Part shown: positions 48,468-59,361 of the stretch, piece after piece | How positions within the stretch are numbered: position 1 is the first letter of the stretch | Layout of the letters: every line of letters begins with the position of its first letter | DNA from: Eubacteriales bacterium | Lineage (GTDB): Bacteria; Bacillota; Clostridia; Oscillospirales; QAKW01 | Length of the DNA stretch: 61,320 nucleotides | NCBI GenBank assembly: GCA_045538295.1 | Contig: JAZSRD010000101.1 | Span: 1-61,320 of the forward strand | Direction: 5' to 3' | Notes under the pieces: generated by a model | Told to the model about the DNA's origin: nothing | Seen by the model: only the letters and a program-made list of their open reading frames with translations | Database searches by the model: none | Program-made: the position numbers and the translations under genes

Positions 48468-51400
48468 TTACTTTTTAAAATATTCTACTGCAGAACGGAA
48501 CATCTGCATATCGTATTCGCCGATCACATTTTTATACAAATTCTTACCGATACGCTCGGAGTGACCCATTTTACCCAAAACTCTGCCGTCGGGAGAAGTG
48601 ATACCCTCGATAGCGAAACAAGAATCGTTGGGGTTAAACAGAACATCAGAGGTGGCATTGCCGCCGAAATCCACATACTGGGTGGCGATCTGACCGTTTT
48701 CTGCCAACTGACGGATCAACTTTTCATCTGCCAGGAAACGACCCTCACCGTGGGAAATGGGCACCGTATAAATATCGCCCACGTTGGTGGCTGCCAACCA
48801 AGGAGATTTATTGGAGGCGATCCGAGTGCGCACCAGGCGGGACTGGTGGCGGGCGATGGTATTAAAAGTTAATGTGGGGCAATTTTCATCGGTATCGATG
48901 ATCTTACCGTAGGGCACCAGCCCCAGCTTGATCAGAGCTTGGAAGCCGTTGCAAATACCCAGCATCAAACCGTCGCGGTTTTCCAGCAGATCGGTAACAC
49001 CCTCACGAATGGCGGCGTTACGGAAGAACGCAGTAATAAACTTACCGGAGCCGTCCGGTTCATCGCCGCCGGAGAAGCCACCGGGCACAAAGATCATCTG
49101 TGCGGTCTTTAATTCCTCTGCAAATTTCTCAACACTGCGGGAAATACCTTCGGCAGTGCGGTTATTGAGCACCAGGATTCGGGCATCGGCACCGGCATCC
49201 CGCATGACACGGGCGCTATCAAACTCACAGTTGGTGCCGGGGAATACGGGAATCAACACCTTGGGCTTTGCCACTTTAATAGCAGGAGCCACCCGCTCCT
49301 TTGCTTCATAAGAGAAGGTTTCCATAGGCTGTTCCCCATGGGTGATATTGCAGCTGTAAACGCTTTCCAGCTTATCTTCATAGATCTTAAGGGCATCGCT
49401 CAAAGCAACGGAGGAATTTCCCTTGGTGAATGCGCCGTCGTTGGTAACGGTACCGATCAGCACGCCCTCCACATCCTCGGTAACCTCCAGCAAGAATGCG
49501 CCGTATTGATAACCAAAGATGGTTTCCATGGAAAGGTTATCCTCAAACTTAAAGCCGTAGCCTTCGCCAAAGCCCATCTTCATAACAGCCTCGGCAATAC
49601 CGCCAAAGCCGGGGGTATAGGCGGTAACAGCCTTACCGCTTTGCAGCAGAGCATATACCCGGTCGAATACAGCCATTAAAGATTTGGGATCGGGCAGGTG
49701 ATCACTATTGTATTCAGGAGCGATCAACACCACCTTATTGCCGGGCTTCTTAAAGTGGTTGGGGGTGATCTCGCCGGTCTTACCGGTGGTCACTGCAAAG
49801 GAAACCAGGGTGGGCGGTACATCCAGATCTTCAAAACTACCGCTCATGGAGTCCTTACCACCGATGGCGGCAATTCCCAGATCCTTTTGAGCTTCAAAAG
49901 CACCCAAGAGCGCAGCCAAAGGCTTGCCCCAACGCTTACCGTCTTTACCGGGGCGCTCAAAGTATTCCTGGAAAGTGAGGTATACATCCTCAAACTTTGC
50001 GCCGGTGGCAATCAGCTTTGCCACAGATTCCACCACTGCTAAATAAGCGCCGTGGTAGGGGCTCTTTTCGGTCACAAAGGGGTTATAACCCCATGCCATC
50101 AGGGATACATCGTCGGTGTGCTTTTCTTCCATGGAGATCAGCTGAACCATTGCCTGTACGGGGGTTTGCTGGTTTTTACCGCCAAAGGGCATCAGCACAC
50201 CGCCGGCACCGATGGTGGAGTCGAACCGCTCGGAAAGACCGCGCTTGGAACAAACATTCAGGTCCCCTGCCAGTTTTTTCAGTTCCTCGGCAAAATCGGC
50301 ACCAACTTCTTTTTTATAACAATTAGGTTTAGCAGGAGTAATGGAAATATGCTTTTCCGCACCGTTGGAATTAAGGAATTCACGGCTGATGTCTACGATC
50401 ACCTTTCCATTCCACTCCATAACCAAGCGGGGATCTGCCTGCACGGTGGCCACAACGGTGGCTTCCAGGTTCTCACTATCGGCCAGGGCAATAAAACGCT
50501 CCACATTTTCCGGTTCTACCACCACGGCCATACGCTCCTGGGATTCGCTGATGGCAAGTTCTGTGCCGTCCAGACCGTCGTACTTTTTGGGCACGGCATT
50601 CAGGTCGATATGCAAACCATCTGCCAACTCGCCAATGGCAACAGAAACACCGCCGGCACCAAAGTCATTACAACGCTTGATCATACGGCAGGCTTCTTTA
50701 TTACGGAACAACCGCTGCAGTTTTCTCTCTTCGGGAGCATTACCCTTTTGCACTTCTGCACCGCAGCTTTCCAAAGATTTTAAGGTATGGGATTTGGAGG
50801 AGCCGGTGGCACCGCCGCAACCGTCACGGCCGGTTCTGCCGCCCAGCAGGATCACCACATCACCGGGATCCGGGCACTCACGGCGTACATTTTCCGCAGG
50901 AGCCGCACCCACCACGGCGCCGATCTCCATCCGCTTTGCGGCATAACCATCGTGGTACAGTTCGTCTACAATACCGGTGGCAAGACCGATCTGGTTACCG
51001 TAGGAAGAATAGCCTGCGGCAGCGGTAGTCACGATCTTACGCTGGGGCAGTTTGCCTGCCATGGTCTCTTTTACCGGCTTTAAGGGATCTGCGGCGCCGG
51101 TAACACGCATGGCGCCGTAAACATAGGATCTGCCGGACAAAGGATCCCGGATGGCACCGCCGATACAGGTGGCAGCACCGCCAAAGGGCTCAATCTCGGT
51201 GGGATGGTTATGAGTTTCGTTTTTAAAGAGCAGCAGCCAGGGCTCCTTAACCCCATCGGCTTCTACTTCAATTTTAACGGTACAAGCATTGATTTCCTCG
51301 GATTCATCCAATTTATCCAGCTTGCCGATCTTTTTAAGATATTTTGCCGCAAGGGTACCGATGTCCATCAGATTGATGGGCTTGGTGCGTCCCAACTCTT

Positions 51401-52157
51401 TACGGGTAGCAATATAATCATCGTATGCTTTTTGCAGCAATTCATCCTCAAACTTCACATCGTCGATGGTGGTGAGGAAGGTGGTGTGGCGGCAGTGATC
51501 CGACCAATAAGTATCGATCATACGGATCTCGGTGATGGTGGGGTCTCTGCCCTCTTTTTGGAAATACGCCTGGCAGAATGCAATATCATCGCAGTCCATG
51601 GCAAGACCGTATTGATCCACAAAATCGGCAAGGCCCTTTGCATCCAATTCTAAAAATCCGTCTAAAGTAGCCACCGTTTCAGGAATAGCATACTCGGTTT
51701 TCAACGTGGTGGGCATCTCCAAGGCTGCTTCCCGGGATTCCACCGGGTTGATCACGCTCTTTTTGATGGTTTCCAGTTCTTCTGCGGTGAGATTGCCGTA
51801 AAGTAAATATACTTTAGCCGTTTTAACGGTGGGGCGCTCCCCTTGGGAGATAATCTGGATACATTGAGCAGCAGAATCTGCCCGCTGATCAAACTGACCG
51901 GGCAAGGGCTCCACGGCAAAAACGGTGGCGCCGTCTGCATTCAGTTCGGTGGCGGTAATATCCAGCTGGGGCTCGGAAAACACTGTGCCTACAGCATAAT
52001 CAAACAGTTCTTTTTCGATATTTTCCACATCGTAGCGATTGATCACACGCACCCTATCCAGGGATTTGATCTGCAGGATGTGGCGCACTTCGTAGCGCAG
52101 ATCCCGGGCTTCATTGGCAAGCTCCGGCTTTTTTTCAACATAGATACGATATACCAT
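48468..52157 (-). CDS. purL: Phosphoribosylformylglycinamidine synthase (single-chain large PurL)
   Basis: The 1229-aa protein has FGAM synthase domains plus a C-terminal glutaminase (GICNGFQ). Confidence 0.95.
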   Translation of the reverse strand: MVYRIYVEKKPELANEARDLRYEVRHILQIKSLDRVRVINRYDVENIEKELFDYAVGTVFSEPQLDITATELNADGATVFAVEPLPGQFDQRADSAAQCIQIISQGERPTVKTAKVYLLYGNLTAEELETIKKSVINPVESREAALEMPTTLKTEYAIPETVATLDGFLELDAKGLADFVDQYGLAMDCDDIAFCQAYFQKEGRDPTITEIRMIDTYWSDHCRHTTFLTTIDDVKFEDELLQKAYDDYIATRKELGRTKPINLMDIGTLAAKYLKKIGKLDKLDESEEINACTVKIEVEADGVKEPWLLLFKNETHNHPTEIEPFGGAATCIGGAIRDPLSGRSYVYGAMRVTGAADPLKPVKETMAGKLPQRKIVTTAAAGYSSYGNQIGLATGIVDELYHDGYAAKRMEIGAVVGAAPAENVRRECPDPGDVVILLGGRTGRDGCGGATGSSKSHTLKSLESCGAEVQKGNAPEERKLQRLFRNKEACRMIKRCNDFGAGGVSVAIGELADGLHIDLNAVPKKYDGLDGTELAISESQERMAVVVEPENVERFIALADSENLEATVVATVQADPRLVMEWNGKVIVDISREFLNSNGAEKHISITPAKPNCYKKEVGADFAEELKKLAGDLNVCSKRGLSERFDSTIGAGGVLMPFGGKNQQTPVQAMVQLISMEEKHTDDVSLMAWGYNPFVTEKSPYHGAYLAVVESVAKLIATGAKFEDVYLTFQEYFERPGKDGKRWGKPLAALLGAFEAQKDLGIAAIGGKDSMSGSFEDLDVPPTLVSFAVTTGKTGEITPNHFKKPGNKVVLIAPEYNSDHLPDPKSLMAVFDRVYALLQSGKAVTAYTPGFGGIAEAVMKMGFGEGYGFKFEDNLSMETIFGYQYGAFLLEVTEDVEGVLIGTVTNDGAFTKGNSSVALSDALKIYEDKLESVYSCNITHGEQPMETFSYEAKERVAPAIKVAKPKVLIPVFPGTNCEFDSARVMRDAGADARILVLNNRTAEGISRSVEKFAEELKTAQMIFVPGGFSGGDEPDGSGKFITAFFRNAAIREGVTDLLENRDGLMLGICNGFQALIKLGLVPYGKIIDTDENCPTLTFNTIARHQSRLVRTRIASNKSPWLAATNVGDIYTVPISHGEGRFLADEKLIRQLAENGQIATQYVDFGGNATSDVLFNPNDSCFAIEGITSPDGRVLGKMGHSERIGKNLYKNVIGEYDMQMFRSAVEYFKK

Positions 52158-53428
52158 TAGTTCTCCTTTCCGGCCTGCAAAGCCCGCTTGCCGATGTCAC
52201 GGCGATAGAACGCATTATCAAAACTGATCTTTTCTACTTTCTTATATGCAGCAGCAATAGCTTCTTCCAAGGAATCTGCCACAGCGGTGGCGCCCAGCAC
52301 ACGTCCGCCGGCAGTAAGCAATTTGCCGCCATCCAATTTAGCGCCTGCCACAAATACATCATCGCTGATCTCGGCAGGAATCTTCAGTTCATAACCGGTT
52401 TCATACTTGCCGGGATAACCCTTGGATGCCATTACCACACAGCAGGCATGGTGATCACTGAATTTCACTTCGGTTTGCGCCAAATTGCCATTGGTGGTTG
52501 CCAGCATAACGGTAAGCAGATCACTTTCCAGCAGGGGTAGTACCACTTGGGTTTCGGGATCGCCGAAACGGCAGTTATATTCGATCACCTTGGGGCCGTT
52601 CGGGGTGAGCATTAAGCCAAAATACAGGCAACCTTTAAAGGTACGCCCTTCTGCTTTCATGGCACGGATGGTGGGCAAAAAGATCTTTTCCATACATTCT
52701 GCCGCAATCTCCGGGGTGTAATAGGGATTAGGGGCAACCGTACCCATACCGCCGGTATTTAACCCTTGATCCCCATCCAAAGCACGTTTGTGATCCATGG
52801 AAGAGATCATGGGAACCACTGTTTCGCCATCGGTAAAGGACAGCACGGAAACCTCGGGGCCGGTGAGGAATTCTTCGATCACCACACGGCTGCCGCTGGC
52901 ACCAAACACCTGATCTTCCATCATGGAGCGAACCGCATCTTTAGCGGCTTCCCGCGTTTCGGCAATAATCACGCCCTTACCCAGTGCAAGTCCGTCGGCT
53001 TTGATCACCGTAGGAATGGGTGCCGTTTCCAGGTAAGTTAGCGCCGCCTTACAATCGGTAAATACTTCATAGGCCGCAGTGGGAATGCTGTATTTCTTCA
53101 TCAGATCCTTGGAAAATACCTTGCTTCCCTCGATGATCGCCGCATTGGCACAAGGGCCAAAGCAAGGAACGCCGATCTCATTAAGAGCATCCACGCAGCC
53201 AAGAACCAAGGGGTCATCCGGTGCTACCACTGCATAATCGATCTTTTGCTCCTTGGCAAATGCCACGATCTTTTCGATCTCTTTAGCACCGATGGGCACT
53301 AAAGTGGCATCCCCTGCCATGCCGCCGTTGCCGGGGAGAGCAAAAATCTCTTCCACGGTAGGATTTTCTTTTAATTTTTTAATAATGGCATGCTCACGGC
53401 CTCCGCCGCCCACAACCAGTAATTTCAT
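52157..53428 (-). CDS. purD: Phosphoribosylamine--glycine ligase
   Basis: It carries MKLLVVGGGGREHA and an ATP-grasp core. Confidence 0.95.
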   Translation of the reverse strand: MKLLVVGGGGREHAIIKKLKENPTVEEIFALPGNGGMAGDATLVPIGAKEIEKIVAFAKEQKIDYAVVAPDDPLVLGCVDALNEIGVPCFGPCANAAIIEGSKVFSKDLMKKYSIPTAAYEVFTDCKAALTYLETAPIPTVIKADGLALGKGVIIAETREAAKDAVRSMMEDQVFGASGSRVVIEEFLTGPEVSVLSFTDGETVVPMISSMDHKRALDGDQGLNTGGMGTVAPNPYYTPEIAAECMEKIFLPTIRAMKAEGRTFKGCLYFGLMLTPNGPKVIEYNCRFGDPETQVVLPLLESDLLTVMLATTNGNLAQTEVKFSDHHACCVVMASKGYPGKYETGYELKIPAEISDDVFVAGAKLDGGKLLTAGGRVLGATAVADSLEEAIAAAYKKVEKISFDNAFYRRDIGKRALQAGKEN

Positions 53429-53453
53429 AGCTTTACTCCTAATATATTAAAAA

Positions 53454-54638
53454 TCAATGGTGGAACAGGCGCATGCCGGTGAATGCCATGGCAATGCCGT
53501 ATTTATTACAGCATTCAATAACCACATCGTCACGGATAGAACCGCCGGGCTCGGCAATATAGGAAAGGCCGCTCTTTTTAGCACGCTCAATGTTATCGGC
53601 GAAGGGGAAGAATGCATCGCTTCCCAGGGCTACGCCGCTAAGGGTTGCCAGGTATGCATCGGCTTCTTCTTTGGTAAGAGGCTCCGGCTGCTCGGTAAAA
53701 TACTTTTGCCAAATGCCGTCTTTGCATACATCTTCTTCATTTTTATTAATATAACCGTCGATCACGTTATCACGGTCGGGACGGCTGAGGGTAGGCTTAA
53801 AGGGCAGGTTCAACACCTTATCGTACTGACGCAGCTGCCAGGTATCGGCCTTTGTGCCGGCAAGGCGGGTGCAGTGAATTCTGGACTGCTGACCGGCGCC
53901 CACACCGATTGCCTGACCGTCTACGGCATAGCACACGGAATTGGATTGTGTATACTTTAAGGTGATGAGTGCAATGATCAGATCCCGTTTGGCGCTATCA
54001 GGCAGTTCCTTATTTTCGGTAACCAGGTTGGAGAGCAGTTCATTATCGATCTTGAATTCGTTTCTTCCCTGCTCAAAGGTGATACCGTAAACCTGCTTGG
54101 TTTCCTGGGGATCGGGACGATAGTTGGGATCGATCTCAATGATATTGTAGTTGCCGTTGCGCTTGGTTTTTAAGATCTCCAATGCTTCCGGCTCATAACC
54201 GGGAGCGATCACACCGTCGGAGATCTCCCGCTTAATAAGGGTGGCGGTGGTAACATCGCAAACATCGGAAAGGGCGATAAAATCACCGAAAGAGCTCATA
54301 CGGTCGGTACCCCGGGCACGAGCGTAAGCACATGCCAAGGGAGAAGCATCAAGGTCTTTAATATCATCCACAAAGCAGGCTTTTTTCAGTTTGTCGGAAA
54401 GAGGATTGCCCACGGCAGCAGAGGTGGGGCTTACATGTTTAAAGGAGGTGGCGGCGGGCAACCCCAGCGCTTCCTTGATTTCCTTTACCAGCTGCCAGGA
54501 GTTAAATGCATCCAGGAAGTTGATATAACCGGGACGACCGGAAAGAATCTTAATAGGCAGCTCACTGCCATCGTGCATATAGATCTTTGCCGGTTTTTGG
54601 TTGGGGTTACAGCCGTATTTTAATTCAAACTCTTTCAT
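53454..54638 (-). CDS. purH: AICAR formyltransferase (AICARFT domain only, no MGS/IMPCH domain)
   Basis: The 394-aa protein matches the C-terminal PurH half (GQQSRIHC, IAEPGGSIRD). Confidence 0.85.
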   Translation of the reverse strand: MKEFELKYGCNPNQKPAKIYMHDGSELPIKILSGRPGYINFLDAFNSWQLVKEIKEALGLPAATSFKHVSPTSAAVGNPLSDKLKKACFVDDIKDLDASPLACAYARARGTDRMSSFGDFIALSDVCDVTTATLIKREISDGVIAPGYEPEALEILKTKRNGNYNIIEIDPNYRPDPQETKQVYGITFEQGRNEFKIDNELLSNLVTENKELPDSAKRDLIIALITLKYTQSNSVCYAVDGQAIGVGAGQQSRIHCTRLAGTKADTWQLRQYDKVLNLPFKPTLSRPDRDNVIDGYINKNEEDVCKDGIWQKYFTEQPEPLTKEEADAYLATLSGVALGSDAFFPFADNIERAKKSGLSYIAEPGGSIRDDVVIECCNKYGIAMAFTGMRLFHH

Positions 54639-54648
54639 TTTTATATCC

Positions 54649-55371
54649 TCACTTACAATTTTTATTGATCATGCGGGTTTCAACCTCACCGGTGGCAAGG
54701 TCGGTATAGCAAACATAAAGGGAAATCTTATTATCGGCATCCAAGTTATTCCAAATATCGGTAGTAAAGGCATCAATATCGTTGGGGATGCTCACGCGCT
54801 CCGGCTCACCCTGGAAAGTGGGAATAGGGTTGCCGTCGCACACATAAGTATGAATAAAATGACCCAGACCACTCAGTGCGGGGTATGCAAAATGATAGCG
54901 GTTACAAGCAGTTCCTTCTGCATCGGCGCTCTTCAAAATGCTCATTTCATAGGTGAAATCTTCGGCGCCAAAGGTGATCATACCGCTAATACGGGGGGTC
55001 CAGTTGGGGGCATCCGGCTCGAATTCGCGGGTGGTAAGAGCGGTAGCAAAGCTCTCGCCCTTTTTAAGCCCTTCCCAAATGGTATCGGTTTGGTCGCCGT
55101 TGGTCACGATCAGTTTATTTTCATGGTGACGGAGGGCTGCATAAATGATCAAAGATGGATCCTCTACCTTGGAGGGGTCAAAAGGTTCAGTGAAAACAGT
55201 GCCTTCCTTTTCGGTAAACACACGGTTACGGCTATTTTCACTACGGCCCATAATGAAATAGGCGGTGGCGGCCTTTTTACCGTCGGCAGTTTTACCGATC
55301 ACAATGCCGCGGCCCACATAGCTATTGCCTTGGATCCGCTCGCCCATGGATTTGATTTCGTAAATATTCAT
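54649..55371 (-). CDS. purO: IMP cyclohydrolase, archaeal PurO type
   Basis: The 240-aa protein carries YVGRGIVIG...FIMGRSENSRNR, typical of the PurO family. Confidence 0.75.
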   Translation of the reverse strand: MNIYEIKSMGERIQGNSYVGRGIVIGKTADGKKAATAYFIMGRSENSRNRVFTEKEGTVFTEPFDPSKVEDPSLIIYAALRHHENKLIVTNGDQTDTIWEGLKKGESFATALTTREFEPDAPNWTPRISGMITFGAEDFTYEMSILKSADAEGTACNRYHFAYPALSGLGHFIHTYVCDGNPIPTFQGEPERVSIPNDIDAFTTDIWNNLDADNKISLYVCYTDLATGEVETRMINKNCK

Positions 55372-55982
55372 ACCTTTTCTCCTTTCATAATGGCATTTGA
55401 AACTTTTTCAACTGCCTGGGGAAGCAGGATCCACTCTGCCTGCTCCATCACCCGTTTTTGTAAAATTTCAGGGGTATCGCCCGGCTGGATCTCCACCGCT
55501 TTTTGGGCAATGATCCTGCCACCGTCGGGAATTTCGTTCACAAAATGCACCGTGGCACCGGTAACCTTTACGCCGTATTCCAATGCAGCCTCATGCACGT
55601 GGAGCCCATAAAAGCCCTTGCCGCAAAAGGAGGGGATCAAAGAGGGGTGCACATTGATGATCCGCTCGGGGTACCGACCGGTAAAATCGGCGCTGAGAAT
55701 ATTCATAAAGCCGGCCAGCACGATCAACTGAATGCCGTGCTTTTCCAAGGCGGCGATCATTTTTTGCTCAAACTCCGCCTGATCGGCGCACTCTTTCTTT
55801 ACAACGATCTCGGTGGCAATCCCTGCCTTGGCAGCCCGCTCAAGAGCGTAAGCATTCCGATTGCCGGAAAGTACCAACGCCAACTCGCCGCTTGCCAATT
55901 CGCCCCTTGCGGCGCTATCGATCAACGCCTGCAGGTTGGTGCCGCCACCGGAAACAAGAACTGCAATTTTGGTCTTATTCAT
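55368..55982 (-). CDS. purN: Phosphoribosylglycinamide formyltransferase
   Basis: It carries VLVSGGGTNLQA, NVHPSLIP and the formyltransferase core. Confidence 0.95.
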   Translation of the reverse strand: MNKTKIAVLVSGGGTNLQALIDSAARGELASGELALVLSGNRNAYALERAAKAGIATEIVVKKECADQAEFEQKMIAALEKHGIQLIVLAGFMNILSADFTGRYPERIINVHPSLIPSFCGKGFYGLHVHEAALEYGVKVTGATVHFVNEIPDGGRIIAQKAVEIQPGDTPEILQKRVMEQAEWILLPQAVEKVSNAIMKGEKV

Positions 55983-55986
55983 GGCC

Positions 55987-57027
55987 TTATACCAAAATCA
56001 TCTTTTCATCGGATTCCACAATGGAACCGATCACATAAGCGTCTTCCCCATTGGCTTTCAAAATCTCGATGGCACGGTCGGCATCCTCGGCTGCCACAAC
56101 CACGCTCATGCCAACACCCATATTAAAGGTGTTGAACATATCCCGCTCGGGGATATTGCCGGTTTTAGCGATCAGATCAAAGATGGGCAACACACGAACA
56201 GCGCTCTTTTCGATCTTGGCGCCCAAACCGTCGGGGATGCTTCTGGGAATATTTTCATAGAAGCCACCGCCGGTGATATGAGATACGCCCTTAACCTTTA
56301 CCTGCTCAAACAAGGCAACCATGGGTTTTACATAGATCTTAGTGGGTGTCAGCAGAGTCTCCCCTACGGATTTGCCGCCCAGCTCTGCCACCGGCTTTTT
56401 AATATCGGCATTTTCCACGTCGAATACCTTACGTACCAAAGAGAAGCCGTTGGAATGCACACCGCTGGAGGGTAGTGCGATCACCACGTCGCCGGGCTTC
56501 ATGGATTTATTATCCAACACCTTTTCTTCATCCACAATGCCTACAGAGAAGCCGGCAAGATCGTATTCATCCACCGGATAAAATCCGGGCATTTCTGCAG
56601 TTTCGCCACCGATCAGTGCAGAACCGCTTTGTACGCAGCCCTCTGCCACGCCGGACACGATCTCGGCGATCCGCTCGGGAACGTTTTTACCGCAAGCGAT
56701 ATAGTCCAGGAAGAAAAGAGGCTTTGCGCCGCAGCAAATTACGTCGTTTACGCACATTGCCACGCAATCGATACCCACGGTATCGTGCTTGTCCATAATG
56801 AAAGCAAGTTTCAGTTTGGTGCCCACACCGTCGGTACCGCTCACCAGCACCGGCTTTTTCATGCCTGCCAGATCGGGCACAAACAAACCGCCGAACCCGC
56901 CGATGTCCAAATCGGCACCGGAGGTTTTGGTGCGGGCAATATGGCTTTTCATCAATTCCACTGCTTTGTAACCGGCAGTAATATCCACACCGGCTGCTGC
57001 ATAACTTTCAGATCTTGAATTATTCAT
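55987..57027 (-). CDS. purM: Phosphoribosylformylglycinamidine cyclo-ligase
   Basis: It carries the AIR synthase motifs DGVGTK and GGETAEMPG. The start is chosen at MNNSRSESY. Confidence 0.95.
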   Translation of the reverse strand: MNNSRSESYAAAGVDITAGYKAVELMKSHIARTKTSGADLDIGGFGGLFVPDLAGMKKPVLVSGTDGVGTKLKLAFIMDKHDTVGIDCVAMCVNDVICCGAKPLFFLDYIACGKNVPERIAEIVSGVAEGCVQSGSALIGGETAEMPGFYPVDEYDLAGFSVGIVDEEKVLDNKSMKPGDVVIALPSSGVHSNGFSLVRKVFDVENADIKKPVAELGGKSVGETLLTPTKIYVKPMVALFEQVKVKGVSHITGGGFYENIPRSIPDGLGAKIEKSAVRVLPIFDLIAKTGNIPERDMFNTFNMGVGMSVVVAAEDADRAIEILKANGEDAYVIGSIVESDEKMILV

Positions 57028-57031
57028 GTTC

Positions 57032-58456
57032 TTATCCCTTTCCGTTCCAGCAATAGGTGCAAAGTTCACAGGCGGGCAGCCCTATTGCTTTAATTACATT
57101 TTCTAATGATTGATAGTCCAAGGAGCTAAAATTGAATTTTTCGCTCAAGGCTTTTCTTAAATTTTTTCCCCGTTGGGTCTCGCCGTCGATATATTCATCA
57201 ATATGGTTGAAGCCTTCCTCTCCCTCCAATTCCAGGATCACCCGGCGGGCGATCAGGTCCATATCAGAGGTGGATCGGGAAAAATTATGGTATTTACAGC
57301 CATACATGATCGGGGGGCAGGCAGAGCGCATATGAACCTCTTTGGCACCGTTTTCGTAAAGAAAATCAACCGTTTCTTTAATTTGCGTGCCCCGTACGAT
57401 AGAATCATCTACGATCAGCAGATTTTTATCGGTAATGAGATCATGCACCGGGATCTGCTTCATTTTTGCCACCTTATTCCGCTCGGTCTGTTTCAACGGG
57501 GTAAAGCTACGGGACCAGGTGGGGGTATATTTGATATAAGCACGTGCAAAATGCAATCCGCTTTCATTGGCGTAACCAATGGCGTGAGGGGTTCCGGAAT
57601 CCGGCATGCCCACCACATAATCTATATCACTTTTCAGCCCGTTTTTCTTATCGTTCTGTGCCATCAGAGCGCCGTTGCGGTAACGCATAGCCTCCACATT
57701 GACACCCTCATAACATGAGGTGGGATAGCCGTAATAACTCCACAAGAAAGCGCAGATCTTTTTCTTCTCCCCTGCCGGTTGCAGGCAAGTTACTTGATCG
57801 GCTGTTAGTTCCACGATCTCCCCGGGACCCAATTCCCGTTCCAATTCAAAACCGAGTTTTGTGGAAGCAAAGGATTCAAAGGTTACACTATAACCGTCTT
57901 CGCCCTTTCCGATCAACACCGGCAGCCTGCCCACTTTATCGCGGGCGGCAATGATAGAGCCGTTATCCCGCAGGATCAGAATCGAGGCAGTTCCATCAAT
58001 GATGTCCTGCACAAAGCGGATGCCCTCTACAAAGTTTTCCTTTTGACTGATCAGCGAGGCGATCAGTTCAGTGGGATTAACCTTGCCGCCGGTCATGGCA
58101 TCGAAATGCCCGCAATCTTGGCTCAGGTAACGATTGATCAATTCATCGGAATTATTAACCACACCAATAAAGCAGATGGCAAAGGTTCCCAGTTTTGAAC
58201 GGATCAACAACGGCTGCGGCTCAAGATCGCTGATACAGCCGATTGCCGACGTACCCTTTAATTCTTCAAAGATGTGCGCAAATTTCGTGCGAAAGGGCGC
58301 ATTCTCAATATTGTGGATCTTTCGCTGCAAACCGATCTCCGGGTCATAGGTAGCAAGACCTGCTCGCCGGGTGCCCAAATGAGAATGATAATCAACGCCG
58401 AAAAACACATCGGCTAAACATTCATTTTTTGAAACAATTCCAAAAAATCCTCCCAT
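57032..58456 (-). CDS. purF: PurF-like amidophosphoribosyltransferase lacking the N-terminal Cys nucleophile
   Basis: The PRTase motif [13 protein letters not shown] is intact. The N-terminus reads MGGFFGIV instead of MCG(I/V)xG. AAGGGGG lies upstream of the ATG at 58456. The longer ORF-track start would overlap purE. Confidence 0.8.
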   Translation of the reverse strand: MGGFFGIVSKNECLADVFFGVDYHSHLGTRRAGLATYDPEIGLQRKIHNIENAPFRTKFAHIFEELKGTSAIGCISDLEPQPLLIRSKLGTFAICFIGVVNNSDELINRYLSQDCGHFDAMTGGKVNPTELIASLISQKENFVEGIRFVQDIIDGTASILILRDNGSIIAARDKVGRLPVLIGKGEDGYSVTFESFASTKLGFELERELGPGEIVELTADQVTCLQPAGEKKKICAFLWSYYGYPTSCYEGVNVEAMRYRNGALMAQNDKKNGLKSDIDYVVGMPDSGTPHAIGYANESGLHFARAYIKYTPTWSRSFTPLKQTERNKVAKMKQIPVHDLITDKNLLIVDDSIVRGTQIKETVDFLYENGAKEVHMRSACPPIMYGCKYHNFSRSTSDMDLIARRVILELEGEEGFNHIDEYIDGETQRGKNLRKALSEKFNFSSLDYQSLENVIKAIGLPACELCTYCWNGKG

Positions 58457-58466
58457 AAGTACCCCC

Positions 58467-58961
58467 TTAACCGTTGAACTGTGCGCTGATCTTGCGATCC
58501 TTTTCCAAAACTTTTTCCGCATCGGCAACTCGCTTGGCATCCAATTTTTCCGCCAGGCCGGCATCCTCCACGGCAAGGATCTGAATAGATAATAAGGCGG
58601 CATTAACAGCCCCATCGATGGCAACCGTTGCCACAGGGATCCCTGCAGGCATCTGTACAGTTGATAAAAGGGCATCTATGCCGCCGATTTGTTTGGATTG
58701 AATAGGAATGCCAATTACAGGCAGCGTGGTATTCGCCGCCACGGCACCTGCAAGATGAGCTGCCATGCCGGCAGCGCAAATAATAGCACCAAACCCGTTT
58801 TTACGGGCATTCATGCTGAAATCTCTTGCCTGCTCGGGAGTTCTGTGTGCAGAAAACACATGCACCTCTGCCGGCACACCAAAAGAGGTGAGCGTATCCA
58901 CAGCCTTCTGCACGATCGGCAGATCGCTATCGCTCCCCATCATTACTGCTACTTTTTTCAT
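58467..58961 (-). CDS. purE: 5-(carboxyamino)imidazole ribonucleotide mutase (class I-like PurE, SAHRTP)
   Basis: It carries MGSDSDL and SAHRTP. AGGAGG precedes the ATG at 58961. Confidence 0.9.
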   Translation of the reverse strand: MKKVAVMMGSDSDLPIVQKAVDTLTSFGVPAEVHVFSAHRTPEQARDFSMNARKNGFGAIICAAGMAAHLAGAVAANTTLPVIGIPIQSKQIGGIDALLSTVQMPAGIPVATVAIDGAVNAALLSIQILAVEDAGLAEKLDAKRVADAEKVLEKDRKISAQFNG

Positions 58962-58989
58962 GATCTGTACCTCCTGATCAACGCTTTTA

Positions 58990-59135
58990 AAATAAAAAAG
59001 AGCGCACAATTCCCCGCAAAAAAGAGTAGTGCGCCCAGACGGTCGGCAGTAGAGCAAAAACCAGGTTAAAAATGCTCTGTCCAGGCTCTTTGTTCCATTG
59101 TGGTACTCCACTTATTCCGTCAGTCGCAAAGAACC
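58990..59135 (-). ncRNA. ZTP (pfl-motif) riboswitch with intrinsic terminator, leader of the pur-fhs operon
   Basis: On the minus strand P1 is CUUUG...CAAAG. It encloses CGACUGACGGAA, hairpin GUGG-AGUA-CCAC and GGAA. After a linker hairpin comes the 3' element CCGACCGUCUGGGCG, whose CCGUC pairs with GACGG to form the pseudoknot. GGGCGCAC can alternatively pair with GUGCGCUC followed by a U-run, forming the terminator. Confidence 0.8.
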
Positions 59136-59151
59136 GTTAAATTCGTAATCA

Positions 59152-59181
59152 ATTATATCATGTTATCCTTTCATTTGTCAA
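59152..59181 (-). promoter_or_regulatory. Sigma-A promoter of the pur operon
   Basis: On the minus strand the sequence is TTGACA, 18 nt, then TATAAT with an extended -10 TG (TGaTATAAT). Confidence 0.65.
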
Positions 59182-59361
59182 CGACAAGGATCGGGGATTT
59201 TCAAAATTGTTTAATATATATTGTAGGAACGATCTTGTATTTGAATTTGTTTGGCGGTTTGCCTAAAAATATCATTTTTAAACACAATTTCATCACAGTT
59301 GTCGCTGTTGACTTTTCACCCTTTCGGGTTTATAATAAGAAAAAATTCTTTTGGAGGGCGT

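Noticed and set aside
54601-55611. A 336-aa plus-strand ORF spanning the purH/purO/purN junctions. Similar long antisense ORFs occur in purL, purM, fhs, polA and the TRAP permease.
   Set aside because: These are shadow ORFs typical of mid-GC coding DNA. They cross gene boundaries of the opposite strand, whose products are unmistakable conserved enzymes.
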